DNA of 64,000 bases from Geosiphon pyriformis uo1 (taxonomy: Eukaryota; Fungi; Glomeromycota): assembly GCA_016748015.1 (NCBI GenBank), contig JAAOMT010000299.1, forward strand, positions 62,001-126,000, read 5' to 3'. A model generated the notes under the pieces. That model had not been told where the DNA came from, ran no database searches, and saw only the letters and a list, made by a program, of their open reading frames with translations. The first letter of the stretch is position 1; each line of letters opens with the position of its first letter. Shown here one piece after another: positions 12,043 through 21,618 of this stretch. The position numbers and the translations under genes are program-made.

Positions 12043-14631
12043 ATTATAATATTAGTTATAAATTTATATTAAAAACAAACTTTAATAATAATAATAAATA
12101 AAAACTTAACAAAATTAATTATTATATCTTTAAAAAAATAGTTAATAAAAAATAAATATAATAACATAGTAAAAAATATATTGCAAAAAATATTTATTTA
12201 ATTTATTATTTTTATTAAAAATTTAATATTTAAGTATATTAAACATAATTATTTTATTTTATATATATAGTTTATAATTATTTAACAATTTAAGAATTAT
12301 GCTTTTAAACATATTTTTTTTGCAAATAAAAATATAATTGAGAATATAAAATTTTATTTAATATCTAAAATTATAAGAGCAATAAAATATTTTCAATTAT
12401 AAATACAAAAATTATTAAAAAAATTAATTAATAATAAAACATAATTTTTAATTAATTAATTCTAATAAATAAAAAAAGTGTTAAAATTTTTTTTGATAAT
12501 TAAAAAACAACAATTTTTTTTTATAATATATTTAAGACCAAATTGGTTAGTTTTCTTTTTGTTTAGTTTTTAAAATTAGTAAATTGGTTTTTTAAATTAA
12601 TAATTATACTTGTTTTATTTTTTATTTTTTTGAATTTGCTAAATAATTTCAATATATTATTGTTATTTTTAAGTTTAAAAAATATTTAATACAGTTATTA
12701 TTAAAAATTAGTATTTTAAAAAAATTTGAAATTTAGTAAAAAACTTTTAAATATTAAAATTTTAGGTATTTGACTTTAAATTATAAAATATTATTATTTT
12801 ATTTTTTCAAATTTGCTGTTAATTTTAAGTTTTTTGTATTATTTTATGTTAATAAAAAATTTTATGCTAAAATTTCTGTTTTTTTGTCTTTTTTTGTTGT
12901 TTTTTTGATTGTTTCTGTTATTAATTCTGTAATTAAATCTAAGTTGAATTTTTTGAAATCTTAAATTTTAAATTTGGCTATTTTAATTAAGTTTTTTGTT
13001 AAGCTAATTGATTTATTGGTTTTTTTGGTTATTATTTTTTTGAAAACTCTTTTTGTTTTATATATAAAACTTAAAAATATAATTAGTATTATTTAAAGTA
13101 AAGTGTTTATTTTTGGTAAAATTATAAATAAACTTTTCTTAAACATAACTATAATTAAAATTAAATATAATTTTAATATTAATTATATAAAAAGTTGTGA
13201 TAATAGATTTTTAAATAATAAAGTTTATATTAAATTACTTATTATAAATAATAGTTTTTTAATTAATAAAATGGTTTTTCAAAATAAATTTTTTTTTATA
13301 AACTTAATATAGTATTATAAATTAAAATAACAAACCAATAAATAGCAAAGTAAAATAAAATTGTATTGTATTAAAAACAATCAAAAAAATTTAACTTTAA
13401 AGAATAAATTAAATTAGTATAAATTTAATATATAAGATTAATCTTATAAATATTTTAGTTATTATTTTTTCTAAATAGTAACAAAAAAATCTAAAAGTAA
13501 AAAAATAGTCTATACTATTAACAAAAAATAATACACTAATATAATTTTATATATTAACATTTTTAGAATTTAATATTAAATATTAATTGTACTTTTTAAT
13601 AAATAATCTTTAAAACTAATAATTACAAATAAATACTAACAAGTAGTTTTTTATTATAAAATTTTTTAGATATTTAAATAAAAATCAAGTAAATTAAAAA
13701 AGATTAAATATTATAGAAGTAATTTTTATTACTTTAATTTATATATGTTTTATATATTAAAATATACTTTTTTAAAGCTAAAAAATATATTATTTATATA
13801 GCTATCAAAGTAGTAAATAACCAAATTAATGATTAAGTCAATAATCAAGTTACTAATTAAATTAATAGTTAAATTAATAACTAGATTATTGATCAAATTA
13901 TTTATTTTCTAAAAATAAAATGGCTAATTATATAATAATAACAACTAATATATGTAATAATTAATAAAAACTTTAATTTTTAATCATAATAATAGCTTAG
14001 TTTAAATTAAATTTATGTCTAATTATATAAAAAAAATACATAAATTACATCTAATATTTATTATTTAGTTTAATTCTTTATATTAAATAATAATTAGAAT
14101 ACATATTAAATTTAATAAAAAAAAAATTATTAATTAAATTATTAATTAAGTTAATAATTATTATCCAAAAATAAAATGACTAATTATGTAATATTAGATA
14201 ATTAATACAAAAAAACTTTTAATTATTAATATTATAACAAGTATTAAAATTCAATTTATTTTATTTTATTTTTGTTTATAAAACTATTTTTTTTAATTAT
14301 ATTACAATATTTGTATTAAAAATTATTTTATTTTTTATATATAAATTGCTAATTATTTTAATGTTTTATTGCTAAATATTTTTGAAAAATTCAATAAAAA
14401 ACTTGTCTTATTATCATTTAAAAAAAAATAAAACTTCTTTAAAAGTTTGAAATAATAAATCAAGTCATTAAAACCAAAATAAATAAGAAATTAAATTTAA
14501 GTATTAAAGCTTAGCTTAGTATAATTTTGACATAAATCTAGATAACTAGTTATATGTAAATTATGTTTAATATATAACATAAAATAGATTATATCTTGTT
14601 ACAATTTTTGTTTTGTATTTTAAAAAAAATG
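12043..14631. mobile_element. Extremely AT-rich relic of LTR-retrotransposon sequence (probable gag/LTR debris)
   Basis: Almost no G/C left; contains the solo LTR 13313-13991, a second partial H-type LTR end near 14130-14239 and weak gag-like similarity on the minus strand. Confidence 0.5.
13313..13991 (-). repeat. Solo LTR of family H, hypermutated, flanked by ATAG target-site duplication
   Basis: Reverse complement aligns with both ends of H LTR (35746-36386), mostly by transitions; ATAG at 13309-13312 and 13992-13995. Confidence 0.85.
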
Positions 14632-14911
14632 TACAATTAAATCTGAGATAACTTATATTAAAATAACTCATAACCTGTAATAAGTCATAGTATTTTAAAT
14701 CTACCAATTTAGTAGTTAAAAAATTTTTATGTTTATAATCTATACCTGTAATATTTAATAATTTATAATTTTTTATTATTAGTATGAATTATTTTAGATG
14801 CTAAATTTAATTTAAATTTTGCTAATTTTAATAAAATTGCAGTAAAGCAAACCAATATTTTTATGACTAAAAATGCTATATAATAATATAATATTACTTA
14901 TTTAACAGAAT

Positions 14912-15805
14912 GATTATTAATTATATAAATAATTAAGTCAGAGTTTTGAATTGTTCCAAGTTTTAAATTATCATTAATTGTGTGAGTAATCAAGTCAGAA
15001 TTTTGAATTGTTTCAAGTTTTAAATTATTACTGATCTTGTGAATAATTAAGTTATAGTTTCAAATTGTTCTAAGTTTTAAATTATTATCAATTGTATGAG
15101 TAATTAAGTCGGAGTTTTAAATTATTCTAAGTTCTAAATTATCATTAATTATATAAGTAATCAAGTCAGAGTTTCAAATTGTTTTAAGTTTTAAATTATT
15201 ACTGATCTTGTAAATAATTAAATCGAAGTTTTAAATGTTCTAAGTTCTAAATTATTATTGATTGTATAAGTAATTAAATCAGAATTTTGAATTGTTCCAA
15301 GTTTTAAATTATTATTGATTGTATAAGTAATTAAATCAGAATTTTGAATTGTTTCAAGTTTTAAATTATTATCAATTGTATAAGTAATTAAGTCAAGATT
15401 TCAAATTGTTTCAAGTTTTAAATTATTATCAATTATATAAGTAATCAAGTCAGAGTTTCGAATTGTTTTAAGTTTTAAATTATTATTAATTGTATAAGTA
15501 ATTAAATTAGAATTTTGAATTGTTTCAAGTTTTAAATTATTACTAATCTTGTAAATAATCAAGTCAGAGTTTCGAATTGTTTTAAGTTTTAAATTATTAT
15601 TAATTGTATAAGTAATTAAATCAGAATTTTAAATTGTTTCAAGTTTTAAATTATTACTAATCTTGTAAATAATCAAGTCAGAGTTTCAAATTGTTTCAAG
15701 TTCTAAATTATTATTAATTGTATGAATAATTAAATCAGAGTTTTAAATTGTTTCAAGTTTTAAATTATTATTAATTATGTAAGTAATTAAATCGAATTTT
15801 TGAAT
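14912..15805. repeat. Tandem array of ~15.5 copies of a 57-bp unit inside the pogo element
   Basis: Unit ~GTAATCAAGTCAGAGTTTCGAATTGTTCCAAGTTTTAAATTATTATCAATTGTATGA; period 57 measured at 14935, 14992, 15049. Confidence 0.95.
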
Positions 15806-15879
15806 CAGTTTTATCTGATCAGAGTCTTAATTATAGTTTTTTTTGCTTTTTAATTTTACTATATCTAATAACAAAAAAC

Positions 15880-17502
15880 ATGCTATTTTTTTAGCTTGTA
15901 TTCTACAAAGTTATAAAAATGCTATACTTTATGATAAGTTTTTGGTGCTTAATTAATATTATATAAATAATAAAAACCAATCAAAAACTACATAACACTT
16001 TAAAAAAAACAGTTTTTCATATATAAAATAGCCTTTAGTTTTGACTTGAATTAAAAATAAATCAAATTTTTATTTATAAGCAAATATAATGCATGATTTA
16101 ATTAGCAAATATATATACATATTATGTAATTTTAACTTTGATAAAGCACTTATTATTTTTGTTCAAGAGGCAAAATTGCATAAAATAATACTTATTGAAG
16201 ATGTAATTTAAGCTGCTAACATAAAATTCTATAATTAATTTGATATTTTAGAAAATAAGCATTAAAAACTATCTAATAATTAGCTTAAAAGCTTTAAAAA
16301 CCATATTAAATTGGATTTATTTCACTTTTATGATAAGTATTATTAGTTAATATTAAACATATTAAAGATAAGTAAGTGTATATAATGACATTTTTTGCTA
16401 ATTAAAAGTTATATAATATTTTTAATATAGATAAAACTACATTATTTTATGTCATATTACCAAATCAAAATTTTGCTACAATACTATATTATAATACCAA
16501 ATAATTAAAAGTATAACTGATATTTGTTTTTACAACCAATGCTAATAGAACTAAGTATTTGCCACCACTTATTATTGGTTATGCTAAATATTCATATTGT
16601 TTTTAAAAAAAACAAAAAAACAACTTGGTTTTTAGTATTATTTAAACACTTGTGCTTAAATAATTGATAATATTTTTTGATAATGTCTTGTTAATTAGAA
16701 CTATTAGCTGTATAAAAAAAACCAAAACATATTGTTATTAGTAAACAATTTTATTAATTACAATTATGATACAATATTTATTATAAATATTCATATAAGA
16801 CAGTTTGTATCTAACTTAACAACACATATTTAGCTTATAGATACTAAAATTATTTATTGTTTTAAGGCATATTACTGTTACTATTTTTTTTACCATGTAT
16901 TGAATTTTTTTGATAATGGTATTAATAATATTTATGTAATTAACCAATTTTAAGCAATGTGTTTAATTTATAAAACATAAAAAAATGTTTTAAATAAAAT
17001 AATTGCTTATTGCTAACACAAAGTTGACATTCTTCTAATCAATATAAATAACAACTTTCAGAATAAAACTGCAAACTTGGAAATAAAAACTAATTATAAT
17101 TAAAAAATAATATTAGAAAAGATTAAGAATTATTACAAAGAATTCAATTGTATATAGCCAAATTATATATATTTATTAATTAAAAAGTTGATAAATCTAT
17201 TTAAAGAAAACAATACAATTAATTTGGAACATCTAGATAATAATAAGATTGCAAATTATATTATAAAAAATTGTAAAACAAAGCATAATAGCTCTAATAA
17301 AGAACAAAAAATACAGAAAATAATGAGTATTAAGAATGTATTAACTGCTATTACAAATCTTGAACAGTTTATAGAGCTTAAAAATAGCAAGAAATTTTAT
17401 GATGCAGTTAGTAAGCTTGCTTATGTTAAATGTATACTTTATAAGAGAATACAAGATAAACAAAAACAAATAACTCTTACAAGTTTCTTTAATATTGCAT
17501 GA
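15880..17502 (+). pseudogene. pogo/Tigger DDE transposase (CENP-B-like HTH + DDE_1), degenerate
   Basis: KLSNN*LKSFK, IFNIDKTTLFY (NMDET), TTNANRT, PLIIG, LLLVNNF (DNF), I*LIDTKIIYCFKAYY (QPMDAGII..FKA.Y); C-terminus in ORF 17188-17502; start approximate. Confidence 0.88.
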
Positions 17503-17732
17503 ACTATTTAAAAATTCTTATAAGAATATGCAAATAAATTTATTTTTTAATAATATTATATCTATTTTTATTATATGTATACTATATATACTTAAACCTG
17601 AAAAAACCCATAACCTGTAATAACCCATAGCAATTTGTATTCACCAAGGGTATGGGTTATCTCAGGTTTGACTGTATTCATATTTCTATAGCTTTGGTAA
17701 TATAAATATGTTTTATTTATTGGCAGTGTAGA

Positions 17733-19479
17733 TTAGATTGGTTCTGGACAAGTGATATCTTTGAATTCATCCCGGACAAATGGACGAATATTGTAATAAA
17801 AGTATTCTTGCCTTCTGTAATCCAAAGGAGGAGGGGTTAGTACTAGGATTGAAAAGGACTTAATTTCTTTGGTAATTTCAGAAACACTTGCTTTTTTAGT
17901 TTTTAACAAATTAAATTCAGTATAAGTACCATTAGCAACCGGGCTTTGACAACTCCAGGTTGAGCTGCTTCAAATAGAAAATGCTGATACTTTTGTAAAC
18001 CACTCAATTTCTTAAAAAAATTCCCAACACGGAATTAAGATCTAAGTATTGAAAGCCTTTGCCGTTTTCATAGCACTGAACTTTGTTTAATCCCGCTGTA
18101 CTTGATTTTTTCACAACTTTAACAATATGATCCACACAATCTACTGTTGTTTTTCGATAAAGCTTTTTAATCAATCCAAAACTACCATCACACTTAAATT
18201 TGGTATGTCCAGGTACCATGAAATTTAATTCGATACTTTCGTAATAACCGCAAATTACTAAATATAGGTAAAATCAAATGGTGGCATTATTTTTATTCTG
18301 ACCACCCGCATTATCACAAGTAATCTTTAGATGTTTTTCGCCTTTATTCAGTCTCTTAATTCCATTGAATACCATGCTCAGGGTGCCATTAGGACCTTTC
18401 CCTATTATTTCGTTCTCATCAAGAACGTAATTGATTTGTTCGCGTACTGCTTCATCTTGGATACCAAATAAATGTACTTTACGCGGACTGAGATAGTAAA
18501 TTTTATTTACTTGTTGATCGGAATGGGGTACGTGAACATTTTGCGCTCAATCGTAACTGTAATGCGCAGTAGCGTCAATGCTGCAATAATCAGCTTTAGC
18601 TCTTGTTCTAAAATGCTCATCCACCAATTTCCTCTGTTGTTCTGCTAGTTTCGTATTTTTGTTGTAATAGTTTCTCTCTAATTTAGCCTTAACTAGATGT
18701 TCTTTGAATTTTTTCAATAAATCTTTCGCCTCTTCTTCTTTGCGAGCATTGTATTGTAAGCCATTCCGAAAATGTTGACAAGTATCGCATAAATCGGTTC
18801 TTGGACTCATGATTTGAATATAAGGCGTTAATTGGTGCCATAACTTGCGAAACGCATCGTATTTTAAAAATTTCAATGTGCTATCGTTTTCAAGACCTGC
18901 AATAAAATCACGATAAACCGATTTGTAGCTCGTTTCAGCTGGCAAAAGTGTAAGCGATTGAGTAATGCGATTGACATTTCTACCAGGACTTGGTAGTCCA
19001 TGAATTTCAGCATAGTTTTCGAGAAAATTTTTCACGGCGGTAGCAATGGTTATATCAATAGTTATTTTGGTTTTCCATCGCGGCACTTTTTTTACATTAC
19101 CATGAACACGCGATATTATACCATTCGTCGCCAAGTGATTTCTAACGTTTTCGAAGTGAGTGCGACCAATTCCCAACATATTGAGATACGTTTTCTGACA
19201 AAGCGGCGTATTCCGATCTCAGTAGTAAAACGTTCGCTTATTAGTACGCGTTTTCTTTTTAAGACGTCGACTGGCAGTTATTTCTCCACCATTCATTGCT
19301 TTCAGCTGGGCCATTAAAAATATGTCTTGTTCGGATCTAGAGAGAGCGTGAAACGCCTCACGTAATTCAGCAAACTTCTCTCTCGGAATCATTTTTGAAC
19401 AACCACAATTAAAACCTATCTCCAGGAAACGTATTGCTTTTTCGTATTCAGTCGAACCATTATAATTATAATTTTCCAT
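17733..19479 (-). pseudogene. Sola-like DDD transposase pseudogene (3 in-frame TGA, 2 frameshifts)
   Basis: ORFs 19219-19518, 18547-19179 and 18004-18219 are one frame: TDLCDTC, HYSYD*AQNVHVP, CDNAGGQNKNN, FMVPGHTKFKCDGSFG; C-terminal RQEYFYYNIRPFV..KDITCPEP after frameshifts; family assignment from motif recall. Confidence 0.75.
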
Positions 19480-19793
19480 ATACCTGATACGGGTAATCCT
19501 ATATATTATTTTTAGCACTTTACGGTTAAATATGTGCAGTTATGGTAGATCATGTACTTGTCGTTAATTCAATTCATCTTTACAAACGTAATTGCTTTAG
19601 CAAGCAGAACATGTCAGTTTATTATTTTTGGCTATTGTTAGATTCCAAAGAACCAGCAAATTGATGGAAAGAGTGATTGCAAAAACATTCTGTCTAACAC
19701 TACTATCAAGCGATAGGTCAACCCAGAAGGAGGATACAGATTAGCCTTCCTACATTTTTCATAATTACAGGAGGATATACACTAACTGTATAT

Positions 19794-20322
19794 NNNNNNN
19801 NNNNNNNNNNNNNNNNNNNNNNNNNNNNNNNNNNNNNNNNNNNNNNNNNNNNNNNNNNNNNNNNNNNNNNNNNNNNNNNNNNNNNNNNNNNNNNNNNNNN
19901 NNNNNNNNNNNNNNNNNNNNNNNNNNNNNNNNNNNNNNNNNNNNNNNNNNNNNNNNNNNNNNNNNNNNNNNNNNNNNNNNNNNNNNNNNNNNNNNNNNNN
20001 NNNNNNNNNNNNNNNNNNNNNNNNNNNNNNNNNNNNNNNNNNNNNNNNNNNNNNNNNNNNNNNNNNNNNNNNNNNNNNNNNNNNNNNNNNNNNNNNNNNN
20101 NNNNNNNNNNNNNNNNNNNNNNNNNNNNNNNNNNNNNNNNNNNNNNNNNNNNNNNNNNNNNNNNNNNNNNNNNNNNNNNNNNNNNNNNNNNNNNNNNNNN
20201 NNNNNNNNNNNNNNNNNNNNNNNNNNNNNNNNNNNNNNNNNNNNNNNNNNNNNNNNNNNNNNNNNNNNNNNNNNNNNNNNNNNNNNNNNNNNNNNNNNNN
20301 NNNNNNNNNNNNNNNNNNNNNN
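19794..20322. other. Assembly gap (529 N)
   Basis: Run of N. Confidence 1.
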
Positions 20323-20540
20323 GGCAATCATTCAATGTCGTGTTCTCTATTCTGACATTGTAACAGCGTTCGAATATGCTCTCAATAAACGTGATACCAC
20401 TTTGACCCTAATTTGTGTAGGAGACCAAACATAGAATGCATGCGACAACAGCATTCAAACTATTCTCTCTCCGCTGCTCCTCTATTAACCCATAACGTCT
20501 CTTTCTCCTTTGAAACGAGTTTATGTATAACCTAGCTCTG

Positions 20541-20798
20541 CTATGATTCAGCTCTGCCCCAACTAATAACGCCCAACTGCCTCTCTTGCAATATAGCACA
20601 AAACCAGTAACAGTATTCAAACTCTTCTCCCTGTTGCTCCTCTATCCTCCAATAAACGTGTGTTGCTTGCTTACCATGTGTTCTGCAGTATTCCTGGTAT
20701 TTATTGTTTGCTTCCTCGTAGGTCGCATAGTCTTTACCATGTTTATACATGAACTCGTCTTTAGTCATAACTCTTGCGTCCACGTCTATTGGGTCCAT
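20541..20798 (-). CDS. Small orphan ORF (85 aa, possibly the N-terminus of a longer frameshifted gene)
   Basis: ATG start, protein-like composition, TATAAA ~55 nt upstream, CpG-intact context; no recognised family. Confidence 0.4.
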   Translation of the reverse strand: MDPIDVDARVMTKDEFMYKHGKDYATYEEANNKYQEYCRTHGKQATHVYWRIEEQQGEEFEYCYWFCAILQERQLGVISWGRAES

Positions 20799-21308
20799 GT
20801 CTTTCGTAGGAGTTTAGTGAATGATAAAAGAAGAGTCGCGCCCAACTCAGCCCTGTTTATACGTTTTACTTACACAAACATGTGATAATTCTCCGTATTG
20901 AAGCGCCGAATCAACTATAGATCGGGAATCCTCCATGCTTTTGTCAGAGACAAAGGATAATGAAGACAAAGGGAAATCTCTTTTTTACGCTTCTTTGCAT
21001 ATCACGTTATGGAACAATTAACAAATGGTTTAATTGTTTTATTGTATTCTGCTACTACTACGTAATGCAATTCTGTTTTTGGAAGTGAAGCAATTGTTTT
21101 TTACGTGTGTATTGTAACGAGTCGTATGATAATGGATAACTGAATTTGAATTGCAAAAAACAGTTACAACAATCGATTCTCTTTATTACTCTCTTAAACA
21201 AAGTATGTACAGTACTTTTGCATATTATTATTATTACTTGAACAGTATATAAAGAATCATGGAAATTTGTCCCGATTATCGATAATTATAAAGAACCAGA
21301 TATTTGCT

Positions 21309-21551
21309 TTATGTTTCTAGTTTTCGTTTTTTTCTTGGTTCATTATAAGTTGGGGTTAATGTTCGTTTATTATTTATTATTTTTTGTTCTTGGTAAATTT
21401 CATAAATAATTTTTTCTTTATCTAGATACTTCTGGAGAGTTTGGGTATTGTTGATTTTAAAAACATATGGAGCAATTTTTTCTCCTTGGGCTTTTTTTAG
21501 TATGCTGTAATTCTTTGGTTCCATTGTGGACTTAATGTATATTAGTTTCAT
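21309..21551 (-). CDS. Small basic orphan ORF (80 aa from MKLIY; upstream in-frame ATGs exist) ending in NLS-like PRKKRK
   Basis: Open frame 21309-21608; not similar to TE domains seen elsewhere in the window. Confidence 0.35.
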   Translation of the reverse strand: MKLIYIKSTMEPKNYSILKKAQGEKIAPYVFKINNTQTLQKYLDKEKIIYEIYQEQKIINNKRTLTPTYNEPRKKRKLET

Positions 21552-21618
21552 ATTATATTTTTTATATAAAGATAATTCTATATTAATCATATTATGGTTT
21601 ATATGCATTACATTCTGG

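Larger units (their letters stand above)
14634..17674 (+). mobile_element. pogo/Tigger-type (Tc1/mariner superfamily) DNA transposon
   Basis: TA flanks at 14632-33 and 17675-76; ~26-bp TIR (right, reverse-complemented: CAGTCAAACCTGAGATAACCCATACC; left: CAATTAAATCTGAGATAACTTATATT); subterminal CATAACCTGTAATAA copy near both ends. Confidence 0.9.

Noticed and set aside
12770-13312. Short F/N/I/K-rich ORFs as organellar or host genes
   Set aside because: Composition reflects extreme AT content of eroded TE DNA; no conserved motifs
14912-15805. CRISPR array
   Set aside because: Units are contiguous 57-mers with no unique spacers, no cas genes are nearby and the context is a eukaryotic transposon
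14500-19600. TIRs enclosing the Sola-like gene (14520-14565 versus 19530-19572)
   Set aside because: Similarity too weak, no TSD, and it would place a more eroded pogo inside a less eroded element
19718-20335. Three long ORFs in the ORF track
   Set aside because: Artefacts of translating the N gap
21309-21551. Cas2/VapD-like small ferredoxin-fold protein
   Set aside because: Only a vague secondary-structure resemblance; the catalytic YD motif and CRISPR context are absent
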